DNA of 64,000 nucleotides from Candidatus Latescibacterota bacterium (GCA_965248755.1 OZ252149.1:1216001-1280000); one strand, 5' to 3'. Positions 28,988 through 39,787 are shown, counted from the first letter of the stretch. Translations and numbers: made by a program. Notes: generated from the sequence alone by a model not told the origin.

Positions 28988-31231
28988 ATGACATCAAATT
29001 ATGTTTTCTTCTATGGGGATAGACTTCGTGAGGCAAGGTGTAAGAAAGGACTTACACAACAGGAAGTGGCGGATAAAGTGGGGGCATCACAGCCGGAAAT
29101 TTCAGACTATGAACGAGAGATAAAAGGATGTTTTATGGGTAGAGCTAGAAAGATAGTAGATTTTTTTAAGGTACCTTACGAAGAGCTAGTTCAGAGAGCA
29201 GAAACTATAAAAGGTGAGGTTCAAATTCCGTCCTCTCCTCCTCCTCGTGATATCGCTCATTTTAAGGGTCGAACCGATGAAATCAACAGGATCAAGAAAA
29301 TCCTAAGAGGTGAAGGTAAAGTAGGCATCTTGGGAATGGCAGGCATTTTTGGTATGGGTGGGATTGGAAAGACAGCGCTAGCTACGCATGTGGTGGCGGA
29401 TCCAGAAATACGAAAACAATTTCGTGACGGCGTAATATGGTTCGAAGTAGGGGAAGAACAGGACGTAATGATCGTTTTAGATCGACTCGGAGGACACTTG
29501 AAGTCTCCCAGTATCGGGAGAAAAGAGACAGAAGGAGACAAGCTCTCTTCCTTACTTGAGATTCTGTCTGAACTCCACGCGCTGATCGTATATGATAACG
29601 TATGGAGCGACCAAATAGCCCAAACTTTGGTGCGTCATTACGGAACATGTTCAGTGATTCTTACCGGCCGTAAGACGTTGGCTTTAGGATTAGTTGAGCC
29701 AGTTCCTCTTAAAGGTCTGGAACGAGATAAAGCCAGAGAGCTTTTCTGTTTGCTATCGGAATTAAATGAGGCACAACATGGAGAGATAGTAGATGAAATC
29801 TGTCGTCTCGTATCCTATCATCCACTCGCCATTAAGATATTGGCCACGAATCCGATCCGGAAGATGGCCCCCGAACATCTTCTCAAACGATTAAGTACTC
29901 CTGAGCGGCTCAAGCTCCTTCAAGATACATCAGAGGACAAGGACAACAGTGTGCGGGTGTCCTTTGATATCTCCTTTGAGGATTTAGAGAAAAAAGACCA
30001 ACGACTCTTTGCAGCACTAGGTACTTTTGGAAGGCCAAGTTTTACACTAGAGGCAGTGGAAGCTGTAATGAATAAAACTGGTTTGGAGGACGATCTTGGA
30101 ATTCTGATTAACTGTTCAATTATAGAAAGAGAAGGAGAACGTTATCGACTTCACGACCTAATGTGGGACTACGCAAAGGAAAAGCTGTTAGAACTGGAAG
30201 ACAATGAAGAACTTTCTGAGCGTATGGCGACCTACTTTTTGAATGTGGCAGAAGAAGATGCCAGTATACTGGAAACAGATAAAGAGAACGTCTTCTTCGC
30301 TATGGACTGGTACTACGAACGCAAAAGATGGGAGAGTGTATATCGGTTCATATATGAAAGAAATAACAAAGGCACATTTGACTTTCTCAATTTTCACGGC
30401 TACTGGAGCGAGGGAATTAAGCAATGTGAGAAAGCAATAGAGGCTGCAAACCGAGCAGGAAATCATATGCGTGAAGGGGCAATACTTAGTTATCTGGGAA
30501 TCTTTTATCAACATCGTGGCAAATTCAATCAGGCGGAAAAGATCTATACGCAGTCTTATGAAATCTTCAGGGAACAGAAAGCCAAGGAACAGATTGGATC
30601 ACTACTTCATCAACTTGGTAGAGTTGCTCAGGAACGTAAGGACTTGGACAAAGCCGAAGAATCTTATTTGAAAGCTTTAGATTCTTTTGAAGCTCTTGAG
30701 GAGACACTGGATAAGAAAAGGACAATTCAATTGCGCAGGGCAAGAACAATTCAGCAATTGGGAAGAATACATGAGTTGCGCTGTAATTGGGACAAGGCCG
30801 AGGAACGACATTGTGAAAGTTTGGAGATCAGAGAAAGCATTGACGATCCACATGGGAAGGCACAATGCCTTCAGCAACTTGGGAAGATTGCAAAAATCAA
30901 AGGAGACTTAGAAAAAGCTAAGAGTCTGATGAGAGAAAGCCTCCAAATAAAGAGAAAAATCGGAGATATCCAAAATGCAGGTAATAGCTTAGCAAGCCTT
31001 GGTCTGATCGCTAAAGATGAAGAGCATTTTGAGGATGCTTTCAGCATGCTTTACGAAGCGAAGTCTATATTCCTCTATCTTGAATCACCTAAGCTGAAGA
31101 ATTTGGAGGAAGAATTATCCGATGTCCGTTCAAAGCTCTCGCCGTCGGTGGTCCACAAACTTGAGCAAGAGACAGAAGCGAAGCTGAAAGACTGGCCTGC
31201 ATTATCTACGCTGTACGATCATCAGAAGTAA
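28988..31231 (+). CDS. XRE-HTH / NB-ARC (STAND NTPase) / TPR protein
   Basis: Cro/C1 HTH (LTQQEVADKVGASQPEISDYE), FKGR, GMGGIGKT, IVYDNVW, HPLA, LHD, many C-terminal TPRs. Confidence 0.92.
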   Translation: MTSNYVFFYGDRLREARCKKGLTQQEVADKVGASQPEISDYEREIKGCFMGRARKIVDFFKVPYEELVQRAETIKGEVQIPSSPPPRDIAHFKGRTDEINRIKKILRGEGKVGILGMAGIFGMGGIGKTALATHVVADPEIRKQFRDGVIWFEVGEEQDVMIVLDRLGGHLKSPSIGRKETEGDKLSSLLEILSELHALIVYDNVWSDQIAQTLVRHYGTCSVILTGRKTLALGLVEPVPLKGLERDKARELFCLLSELNEAQHGEIVDEICRLVSYHPLAIKILATNPIRKMAPEHLLKRLSTPERLKLLQDTSEDKDNSVRVSFDISFEDLEKKDQRLFAALGTFGRPSFTLEAVEAVMNKTGLEDDLGILINCSIIEREGERYRLHDLMWDYAKEKLLELEDNEELSERMATYFLNVAEEDASILETDKENVFFAMDWYYERKRWESVYRFIYERNNKGTFDFLNFHGYWSEGIKQCEKAIEAANRAGNHMREGAILSYLGIFYQHRGKFNQAEKIYTQSYEIFREQKAKEQIGSLLHQLGRVAQERKDLDKAEESYLKALDSFEALEETLDKKRTIQLRRARTIQQLGRIHELRCNWDKAEERHCESLEIRESIDDPHGKAQCLQQLGKIAKIKGDLEKAKSLMRESLQIKRKIGDIQNAGNSLASLGLIAKDEEHFEDAFSMLYEAKSIFLYLESPKLKNLEEELSDVRSKLSPSVVHKLEQETEAKLKDWPALSTLYDHQK

Positions 31232-31502
31232 CAGAAGCTGGTGCCTATAGAAACTGAAATACAGAAGTACCCGATCAACAACATAATGATATGACGTTTC
31301 ACCTTTTCAGACACAGCTTTGCTAACACCGAAAGAGACTAAAGAACCATGAAAGGCCGACGCCAAAATCCTTGTTCATACCGCAATCAACACTAATCTGG
31401 ATGAATACGGCACCTAGGATTTGGAAGAGGTGCAAGGAAATTACGAGAAGCTAACAACAGTGATAAGCAGAACAAATGATCTCATTATAAAAGGAAATAG
31501 CA

Positions 31503-32267
31503 ATGTCAGATAATCTGATCTTTGTAAGCTGTGGACAACAAACGCCCGAAGAGAAAGACTTAGGCACTGCTGTAAAGAACTTAATCGATTCAACACCAGG
31601 TTTCAAAGCCTACTTTGCAGAACACGAACAAAGTCTCGATTCTGATGTACTAAATATTTTCAAAAATCTTTGGGAATGTTCTGGATTTATAGCATTGCTC
31701 CATAAGAGGAATAGGATGGCTGAAACAGAAGAATGCTACCCCTCTGTCTGGGTAAACCAGGAGATAGCGATAATTGCTTATCGACAGCATTTTGAAGCAA
31801 GAGAAATCCCTATTCTTGTATATAAGGATGATGAAGTTCGGGTAGAAGGCTCGATGGCTTCGCTTATCGTAAATCCGCTCACTTTGAAATCGAAACCAGA
31901 TGTTCTGGAACGAACAGGGAAATGGTTATCAGATCCTGGCTCACCTTGGGCTACATCAGGTAACTACGCTATCTTCTTATCAAAATGGATAAAACTTCCC
32001 CCATATTCAACTAAAGTTATAGCTGCTCTTTTGGACGAGGGTGGCAATAACGTAAATGAGTCTGTTATTAGAATACGCCTCCAGGAAAGCTACGGATTCT
32101 CCAAACATGATGCCAGCCAAGCTGTTACAGATTCACGTATACTATTCAATAATACAGGTCTAGTGCAGTTGATTACAAACATCCATACTGGAGATGAAAT
32201 GACGATCAATCCGTACTGGAAATGGCGTATTGCGCGAAGGATCAAAGAAGAGCTACAAACAAGTTGA
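31503..32267 (+). CDS. TIR-like / nucleotide-processing domain protein with a C-terminal helical (wHTH-like) region
   Basis: IFVSCGQ, SGFIALL, SVWVNQEIA (TIR-type catalytic Glu context), IPILVY. Confidence 0.65.
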   Translation: MSDNLIFVSCGQQTPEEKDLGTAVKNLIDSTPGFKAYFAEHEQSLDSDVLNIFKNLWECSGFIALLHKRNRMAETEECYPSVWVNQEIAIIAYRQHFEAREIPILVYKDDEVRVEGSMASLIVNPLTLKSKPDVLERTGKWLSDPGSPWATSGNYAIFLSKWIKLPPYSTKVIAALLDEGGNNVNESVIRIRLQESYGFSKHDASQAVTDSRILFNNTGLVQLITNIHTGDEMTINPYWKWRIARRIKEELQTS

Positions 32268-32550
32268 GAAGTTGAATGATGGGACAACCTCTCTGAACTA
32301 TAAGTCCTAAAGCCTCCTCAATCCAACGTTCCATTATGCTCCCCAAATGATTTTTCCCCTTCTATGGTTAACTCCTTTGCATCTGAATCGGACAGAGTAC
32401 TGATCCAAATCAACCCCAAAACACTACCAAAGTGTTAACTACGGCTGTATATAGGGATGTTTTATCTATATGGAAATATATGCTCCGAGCCGTCGGAACC
32501 ACGGGAGCACGGGTATAAAATGGAGCACTGAAATGGAATCTTTTACCTCT

Positions 32551-34134
32551 TCAAACCCTCTTCACTATGACCCTTTTTAATTCCTTCCCTAACCTTCTCG
32601 CATCCTTTACATAGACTACATTACGATATCCAAAGGCAGATACCAGATCCTTTAAATCACTACCTTGGATACCAATGCAGATGACCTCTATAGATAAACG
32701 ATGAGCCTGCTCAAGCAAATCCCTTATTGCATATGTCCCGGTTATGTCTCCATCTGTAAGCATCACTATTAGCTTCGTCTGGGCTTTTACTTCTTTAGCC
32801 ATCTTCAGACACTCATGGAGAGCCAAAGGCAGATTAGTCCCTCCTTCTGGGGATAGTGCAACAGGAATACTGCTCAAGACACCTGATAAAGATTTACCCT
32901 CCTTGATCCTTGCAACATCCTCATTAAATCCAAGGAGTTTGATCTCACATCTGGGAATAGCTACAAGCGCAGTATACATTGTAGCTGCTACCTCCTGGCA
33001 GACCTGGGACTTACCATCACATCCCATAGAGCCTGACCTATCAAAACAGAGGATAACCAAAGACTCATCTATCTGCCTTTTTATCCTCAACACATCACGA
33101 TGTATCCTCGCATTCCCTGGCCGAGTTTTAATCTCATAGAATCTACCAGGATGAAAACTGCTTCCAACTACAGAGGCAGTCCTTCTGGCTATAGTTCTGG
33201 AAAAGAACAAGGGCCTTAAGATTCTGCGAACCTCCCCGGCAAGTTTTTCATCCACCTTTGGCTTTTTCTCTCTTTCAACAATTTCCTCGACCGAATGATT
33301 TCTTTTAATAGAGAGGCTACTCTTTTCTGATTTCCCCTCTTTTCTAATCTCCTCACCAATAAACACCAAATCTTTTTGAATCCCCGCTTTTTGTATCTGA
33401 CTTTCCAATCTCGCTGCTTCTTCACCACTTAGAGGAACTCTCAATCGGGAAGCTCTCTCAGCCTCTTCTAACACCAGTTGTATCACTTCATTGGGCTCTA
33501 CCCAGAAATCCTGGAAGATAGAAAATAGAGATTTCAAAAGGGCAGGTCTCTCCTCAACTTTGCATCTCCTTGCTTCTACTAAAATAGGCTTCAACCTCTC
33601 AAAATAGTCATGCAGGGGATGATCTTCCGGAAGCTTTCTGACTTCCTTTTGCTTATATTTTATCCTTAACTTCCTCAAGAACATCAAAACCATTAGAAAG
33701 AGAACTGAAAGCTTGTCCCTGTTTGTCTCCAGCGGTAAATTATCTATGTCCTCCATCTGATGATAAGTGACGTTAACCGCAGTCAGAGTATATGGAATCG
33801 AACCAGGCCATCTGTTTGGTACAAAGGTGAAGTCATTTGCCTCACAGATGAGATTGTTCAGCGCTAGTGGCTGTAATCTATGATTCTCTCCACTTAGAAT
33901 ATGCCCACACTCATGGTAAGCAAAACCTATAACAATTGAAAATAGCAGCTCCTGAGAAGCTTTCTTTACAAACTCTTCCCCTAGAAAATCTGATAATGTC
34001 TGTTCAGAAACAGGGAGGTGTATTTTATTACCCTTAGTGACTTCAACTCCCGGCTGTGCCCTGTCAATCAACTTTAAATCGACACCAATGACCCGTCTCA
34101 AATACCAATCTATATGCGAAGCCAAGTTATCCAT
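32551..34134 (-). CDS. Zincin-like metallopeptidase-vWA domain protein (CobT-like architecture)
   Basis: YHECGH (HExxH) with downstream E; MIDAS DRSGS, GGT, LTDG. Confidence 0.85.
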   Translation of the reverse strand: MDNLASHIDWYLRRVIGVDLKLIDRAQPGVEVTKGNKIHLPVSEQTLSDFLGEEFVKKASQELLFSIVIGFAYHECGHILSGENHRLQPLALNNLICEANDFTFVPNRWPGSIPYTLTAVNVTYHQMEDIDNLPLETNRDKLSVLFLMVLMFLRKLRIKYKQKEVRKLPEDHPLHDYFERLKPILVEARRCKVEERPALLKSLFSIFQDFWVEPNEVIQLVLEEAERASRLRVPLSGEEAARLESQIQKAGIQKDLVFIGEEIRKEGKSEKSSLSIKRNHSVEEIVEREKKPKVDEKLAGEVRRILRPLFFSRTIARRTASVVGSSFHPGRFYEIKTRPGNARIHRDVLRIKRQIDESLVILCFDRSGSMGCDGKSQVCQEVAATMYTALVAIPRCEIKLLGFNEDVARIKEGKSLSGVLSSIPVALSPEGGTNLPLALHECLKMAKEVKAQTKLIVMLTDGDITGTYAIRDLLEQAHRLSIEVICIGIQGSDLKDLVSAFGYRNVVYVKDARRLGKELKRVIVKRV

Positions 34135-34145
34135 TACTTCCTCCT

Positions 34146-35540
34146 TTACATATCCCTTATCACAATCCGTTCAGGTATTGCGACATTTACATCCTGACGT
34201 ATCCTCTGGGCAGCTATCTGTCTTATCCCTACATCAGGAATACCATTTAGAATGTGCTCTGTGACAGCAATAACAACTGCATCCTGCCTTGAGCTTCTCA
34301 AAACAGCGGTCCAGATAGCATCTGCAACCTGTGAATATCCTGTATCCCACCCAAGTGGATCCTTATTCTGATTTAGAGCCTTGAACAGAGCCACACCAAA
34401 ATCCCAGTTGACATAGTTACTTATATCTGACACTACTTCCTTAAGCTGCTGAAAGCTCCTTTTCTTGGTTACAATGGCCTCCAAAATCTTCCTTATCTCC
34501 TCATCCTTTGTAGAATATCCCTGATATAAAATCACCAATCTTCTAATTTCAGCATTAGAAAGCCTCTTTAAATCATCCGTCAGATACTTCTCTGAAGAGA
34601 GGGGATTGCCTGTTAGAATAAACTGGACGTGTGAAAACTCTACATTGTCTAAAAGCTTTCCGTCCTTGCTGCTCTGTATGGTGTAGCTTCTATCCTCATC
34701 TGAAAATAGTCTGTAAAACTCCCTTCTTGTATCGTCTGTAAAGCTGTTATACTCTTCTAACACCACAAGCAATCTTAATCTCTTGTCTTTCGTCTCTCTG
34801 GCAATTCTGCAAAGCACTCCCTCAAGGATGAATGTACCATCTGCATTGAAATCATCTCTGTCAAATAATCTATCTCCTTCCAGTCTGGCATTGGCATCAA
34901 TTATGTAGCCTGCAAAGCCCTTCTTGTTGAGGTGTGATATTGCATAACGGGCCAAACATGATTTTCCAGAACCTGTAGGTCCGAGAATAGCGATAGCTGG
35001 AGTACCTTCATAGATTCGCTGGACAAGAGATTCTAAAACTACTTCATCTGGAATAAAGTTTTCAGGAGCTTTAATCTTAAAGTGTCCAGGAACTCCATTC
35101 CTCCCCATCTTCTCCCTTACATAGTAACCCAAAATCTTCAACAGATCCTTGTTCTCCTCTACGGAGTATTGCTGCAACACATAGGGATCAGACTGCACAG
35201 TAACTTTAAGAGATTTACAGCTTGCTCCTCCCTGTTCATACTGACTGATTACAATATTCCCAACAAGGCTTTCTGAATGCCTTTTGAACGCCTCATCTTG
35301 AAGATATTGATCTATTGACAGAGCATCCTGAAGAATGTCTATAATATCCTCACTTTCCAAAAGCTGCCTCCCCTCATTCTCACCAAGCTCTGTACGGACA
35401 TTTGCTATCAGATGCCACGATCCATCATTATCCTTTTCTAACTCAAATTGAACCCTACCAGAAAGAACCTGCTCTTTGTTCTCTGTTGCTATGACAGTAG
35501 CTGAAGGGATTGTAGAGTTTAACAGAACTTCCTCTTTCAT
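34146..35540 (-). CDS. MoxR/CobS-like AAA+ ATPase
   Basis: GPTGSGKS, LVVLEEYN, TGNP and AEIRRL (Arg finger) motifs. Confidence 0.85.
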   Translation of the reverse strand: MKEEVLLNSTIPSATVIATENKEQVLSGRVQFELEKDNDGSWHLIANVRTELGENEGRQLLESEDIIDILQDALSIDQYLQDEAFKRHSESLVGNIVISQYEQGGASCKSLKVTVQSDPYVLQQYSVEENKDLLKILGYYVREKMGRNGVPGHFKIKAPENFIPDEVVLESLVQRIYEGTPAIAILGPTGSGKSCLARYAISHLNKKGFAGYIIDANARLEGDRLFDRDDFNADGTFILEGVLCRIARETKDKRLRLLVVLEEYNSFTDDTRREFYRLFSDEDRSYTIQSSKDGKLLDNVEFSHVQFILTGNPLSSEKYLTDDLKRLSNAEIRRLVILYQGYSTKDEEIRKILEAIVTKKRSFQQLKEVVSDISNYVNWDFGVALFKALNQNKDPLGWDTGYSQVADAIWTAVLRSSRQDAVVIAVTEHILNGIPDVGIRQIAAQRIRQDVNVAIPERIVIRDM

Positions 35541-37060
35541 TATTGACCACCTCCATTCTCAAATCTTCTCTCAAACCTCGGAACTCTCACAACAGCAGAA
35601 TAGGGATAACCTACAGCCTGTACAACAGCGATCCCCATAGTTAAGAGCGGCTTGGAAATCATCGAGCTACACTCAGACAGCATCGGAGCAGCTTCCACAA
35701 GTGCTCTTATGTCTGATCTGTTCAGATGAAAGGCAATAGTAGAGTATATCTGTCCATAGACACTGCTAGGGATGCTTTTGGGACTTTGTGTCAGCAAACA
35801 CAGAGTAACTCCAAACTTCCTGCACTCTCGACAGAAATCAGATATATGTTCTTCAGCAAATTGAATGAAGTGCTGAGCCTCATCTACAACAACAAAGAAT
35901 CTCTGGGGAATATTCTTGTGCATCGAGCTCTTTCCTGCCTTCTGAAGCCTGTTAAGCAGAAGTTTTACAAACATCCCCTGGTAGTAATCAGACAGATTAA
36001 AGGTGTTTATCAGAACAATCTTTCCCTGTTTTAACTCTCCGAGAATCTGGGAGATAAGTCTTGGTGCAGATATATCCACAGTTTGCTGTAGGATTCTTGC
36101 CTGCCTGCACACTGTATCTATTGTGGGAATAATAGCTAGACCTGTAGTAACAGTACTCCCATCCTTCTGCTTAATCGTCTCCCTCTTAAGCCCATAGAGA
36201 TCATCACTCACTTCATAGTTTGCCAATATCTCAATAAACTTCCTTGACTCTCTGGAGTGCATATGTGTCCATAAATCTTTTTGAGCAGTGGAACAGGAGA
36301 ATTGATCAAAGATGTCAGAAAGATTTATCTCATCTGGAGAGAGTTTCAATTTTTCATTGTAACCTATCATCACTATTCTCTTGTCTTCCAAAGCACTCAA
36401 TCCTTTAGTCCCTTTATCATTTGGATTATCAACTCCAATATCCGGATGTCCAAAGACTAACATAGGAAGGGGTTCTGGAAGCTCTAAATTATTAGTGATA
36501 AGCTCCTTTAAGAAATTCGTTTTCCCTGTTCCATTTTTGCCAAAGACAGCCATGTGCCGTGTTAAGGCTGTGTCTATCCCCAACTTGAAGTCTACTTGAG
36601 AGACCTTATATGCAGAAGCAATCTTACCTACGATTACTCCATTAACAGCCGAAGGAGGATACAGCATCTCAATATCCTGATTCGTAGCTCTGAAAACAGG
36701 CTGGAAGTATCCGATGCCTCCAGTGTATTCTACAAGCCTGCCATTATCCAGCACAGAACCCATTGGCTCGATTACTACCCTTTTATAGACCATTCCCTCG
36801 ACCTCTGGATCAGGCACATTACTGGTCTTCAAACAGCTTTTGGCTATTCGAGATATCTCACTGTCCCTTGAGAAGTCATGGGCATCTAATACCGCTGTAA
36901 TCCTTCCTACAGTCTTTTCTATCCTGACAAAGTCAAGACACTGGACAGCACCTAATTTTACAGCTTCGCTATCAGCCCTTGCCAGAATACATCCATCCTC
37001 ATTCGTGCCGATAGTGAGAGCAATGGGACGTTTCTTGCTTTGTCCTTGTGTTTTTTTCAA
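35540..37060 (-). CDS. HerA/FtsK-superfamily ATPase (DUF87-type)
   Basis: HAS-barrel-like N-terminus, RHMAVFGKNGTGKT, VVVDEAQHF, RECRKFGV, TQSP. Confidence 0.88.
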   Translation of the reverse strand: MKKTQGQSKKRPIALTIGTNEDGCILARADSEAVKLGAVQCLDFVRIEKTVGRITAVLDAHDFSRDSEISRIAKSCLKTSNVPDPEVEGMVYKRVVIEPMGSVLDNGRLVEYTGGIGYFQPVFRATNQDIEMLYPPSAVNGVIVGKIASAYKVSQVDFKLGIDTALTRHMAVFGKNGTGKTNFLKELITNNLELPEPLPMLVFGHPDIGVDNPNDKGTKGLSALEDKRIVMIGYNEKLKLSPDEINLSDIFDQFSCSTAQKDLWTHMHSRESRKFIEILANYEVSDDLYGLKRETIKQKDGSTVTTGLAIIPTIDTVCRQARILQQTVDISAPRLISQILGELKQGKIVLINTFNLSDYYQGMFVKLLLNRLQKAGKSSMHKNIPQRFFVVVDEAQHFIQFAEEHISDFCRECRKFGVTLCLLTQSPKSIPSSVYGQIYSTIAFHLNRSDIRALVEAAPMLSECSSMISKPLLTMGIAVVQAVGYPYSAVVRVPRFERRFENGGGQ

Positions 37061-37628
37061 CTATATGCTCCTTTCTGGTTTAGAGTTTGTTTTAATTTCT
37101 CCTTTTAATCACCCCAAACCTTTAAACATCCCATCTTCCCACATCTACCATCCTTTCCTTATCAAGACAGATTCCTGAATGTTCATTCGAGGAATATTAT
37201 GCGGTTTTAGCTTGACTGATTGATGATCGAATATTATTTTGGGAATACAGATCTGAGATCAGACTTCGGTACGATATGTATACGAATTGGGTATTCGAGA
37301 GTCAGTGGGAGTGTAAAACAAAGTATTGTTGGTCTTTACCCAAAGGTACGTATATCTGAAGTTTGGATATCACACCGAAAGAGAAAAGTATGACAAATAC
37401 GTCGGATATAAACAAGTTGGGCAAAACTTGCGCGAAGGAAAAACCCAACAACGACTTCATCTTGAGTTTTTTCCATAGCAAATTGACTTACATCAAGTTT
37501 TCCACTTACGACCCGGGTATCCCGAATTTTTCCCATTGCGAAAGCGTTCCATGAACGTCGTGAATACAGTTCGCAGATGATTCCTTGTCAGGCTGCTCGC
37601 GCACCTGTGCAAGGCATTAACAATCGGT

Positions 37629-37964
37629 GTGATCATTGTTGCATTGATAGGGTTCACCGCTTATGGCACGCTCAAGCTGTTTTCCGTCGCTGACGCTGAT
37701 CGCGCGTCAAAGATCAGACTTATCGTGGGTTTCATTGTTGGCTTTGTGTGTTTCCTGGCTTTCTTTCCGCCTTGGAAATCTTGTCATTTGCGTACGGACA
37801 ACCGTTACCGTGATAAGATACCCTTTTCGGCCAGTGGTCACCATTTTCGCGCAGGGGACGTGCTGGTTTTCAAGAGAGAATGGAAGAACGTTGATTACCG
37901 GCCTGAAACGGAAGAAGAATTTCAACGGATGGGCGTGAGTATTATTGGTTTGTCGACGAGTTAA
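37629..37964 (+). CDS. Small membrane protein, possibly truncated
   Basis: Two hydrophobic segments followed by FPPW. Confidence 0.45.
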   Translation: MIIVALIGFTAYGTLKLFSVADADRASKIRLIVGFIVGFVCFLAFFPPWKSCHLRTDNRYRDKIPFSASGHHFRAGDVLVFKREWKNVDYRPETEEEFQRMGVSIIGLSTS

Positions 37965-38120
37965 ACATAGAAAGGGTAATTACGAGCGAGGATTTTCCAA
38001 AGCCCAGTGCTTGGACCCGGTTTTTGGAAGAGTCGTCCGACAAGTGTCGAAGAGGAGTGGCTAACGACCAAGCTGAGGTGCCTGCACGTTAGACAATCGA
38101 ATTGCATTGAGGCCAGTTAC

Positions 38121-38900
38121 ATGGACGAGCAGGTTTCGACTTCGATGGAACAGACGAGGAAACGATCTCGTGCCTTTGCCATTACCAGCCTGTCATTGGG
38201 GCTCCTATCGGTTTCCCAATTTGCCATAGCAGGACATAGATTCATACTGGTTACTCTGGGGCTCGTTGCAATTACCTCGGCGATCTTGGGAATTATCTTC
38301 GGGATCCTCCAACTCACACGACGTCGATCAGCTAGAGGCCTGGCATATAGTGGCATAGCTCTTTCCGTTGTCGCACTGGGAGTAGCGCCTCCCAGGATTT
38401 ATGAGATACTTATTTATCAGACAGCCTACATCGACTACCTTGAGGACAAGGGCTACGGCCGCACCGTTATCGATAATCCCATTACTGTCGAGCGTTTCAG
38501 GGCTGTTGAGCAATCTTCTGCGGTTGTCATCTTCGGTGCGTTTACTTCCTTTGGCTGGTACAACGACCGCGAGGAAGAGGTGCTTCACAAGATCACGTAC
38601 GCTCTCGGTCCCAATGAACCCTCTTCCTTTGATCCAGCCGATTTGAGTTTCGGCTACTTCATCAAAGTCGACGACGAGCTTGGTGGATATAAGCGGTATA
38701 CCGAGTCAGCCAAGAACGAGGGTGAATCACATGTGAAGGTCTACCCAACAATGCTGGATGGGCGAGTGGTTCCACATTCATATCTGCTCTTCTGGGAAGG
38801 ACAGCCTCTCGATGTTGAGCCGAGCTACTTGTTAGATTTCACAGATCTTGTTGTTCGTGTGCATGGTGTGACCCCGGTACTGCCGATAGCAGAGGAATAG
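38121..38900 (+). CDS. Membrane protein with a DUF4190-like N-terminus
   Basis: AITSLSLGLLS...ARGLAYSGIALS TM pattern followed by a soluble domain. Confidence 0.65.
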   Translation: MDEQVSTSMEQTRKRSRAFAITSLSLGLLSVSQFAIAGHRFILVTLGLVAITSAILGIIFGILQLTRRRSARGLAYSGIALSVVALGVAPPRIYEILIYQTAYIDYLEDKGYGRTVIDNPITVERFRAVEQSSAVVIFGAFTSFGWYNDREEEVLHKITYALGPNEPSSFDPADLSFGYFIKVDDELGGYKRYTESAKNEGESHVKVYPTMLDGRVVPHSYLLFWEGQPLDVEPSYLLDFTDLVVRVHGVTPVLPIAEE

Positions 38901-38904
38901 CGAC

Positions 38905-39146
38905 GGCAAGGGACCCGTATTTAAGCAAGTCCCTCTAACACCAAGCTCTCGTAATCTCAAAAGATCGGTAACAAACGCTTCATTCCATTTAAAGGAAGAT
39001 TCATTTACCCAAACAGATCCACCTTCATTCTGGTAGTAGCTCATATACCAATGGTCCAGCTCTGACAGCTCTTTGTTGATGTCGTGGTCACATCGAATGT
39101 CAATACTGTCTATACTGACACAGTATCCCATCTTTCTTGCCTCCAT
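38905..39146 (-). pseudogene. Hypothetical mobile-element gene, probably 3'-truncated
   Basis: Abuts the upstream gene stop; the ORF tail overlaps the convergent 38121-38900 gene, suggesting a junction near 38910. Confidence 0.45.
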
Positions 39147-39707
39147 TTAAATATGACAATCCAAAAGAACCAGATAATCTTCAGCAGCTTCGTTTCCTAA
39201 AAGCGTTTTGATCTCTTGGACCCAGGAAACATCCTCTTTTTCATTTGCAACTATTCCCCACCACCCCATCTGTCCTTTTTCAAACCACTCACCTTTGTTG
39301 CTCAATACCACAAAAGCTGTTTTTCGAGGATCGCTTTCCAACTTTTTCAGATATGCCTCCACAGTCAGATGATTGTTCTCTATTGTCTCGTGCTTCGGAT
39401 CGAAGTTGAATCCATTATCACTACACTGCCGATTTTCAGTAATGAATCCGTCCCATCTGCCTCCTACCCTATACCAGTCAAATTGGGATTCCGGATTGAA
39501 TGTTGACATAGCTTTGCCAGTCCCTTTGCACTCTTCACAATCTGGAGCTGGTTTATCATTTGCACAGAAGCAGTCTGTCTCATAACGCTCGACTTCCAGA
39601 CCTTCATAGTATGTTTCCAAATTTTCCTCTATGAAGCCTCTTGCTGCCTGATCCCCCTGCTTCATTACTTCGTCTGGCACAACTGCTAAAACTGAAAAAT
39701 GGCTCAT
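39147..39707 (-). CDS. Phage-type hypothetical protein with a Zn finger
   Basis: MSHFSVL start, CxC...CEECKGTG, DWYRVGGRW, GEW...GWWG and DCHI terminus, a pattern I recall from uncharacterised phage proteins. Confidence 0.75.
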   Translation of the reverse strand: MSHFSVLAVVPDEVMKQGDQAARGFIEENLETYYEGLEVERYETDCFCANDKPAPDCEECKGTGKAMSTFNPESQFDWYRVGGRWDGFITENRQCSDNGFNFDPKHETIENNHLTVEAYLKKLESDPRKTAFVVLSNKGEWFEKGQMGWWGIVANEKEDVSWVQEIKTLLGNEAAEDYLVLLDCHI

Positions 39708-39787
39708 CTCTCTGCCCTCCGTTTTGTAGGGTTTTGGATTATACGATAACTTCAAAGCTACTCTGGCTACCAAAAGTCACTTCAGTC

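Noticed and set aside
32480..32510. TGCTCC...GGAGCA hairpin as a structured RNA
   Set aside because: Short stem between convergent genes; cannot be distinguished from a terminator or chance.
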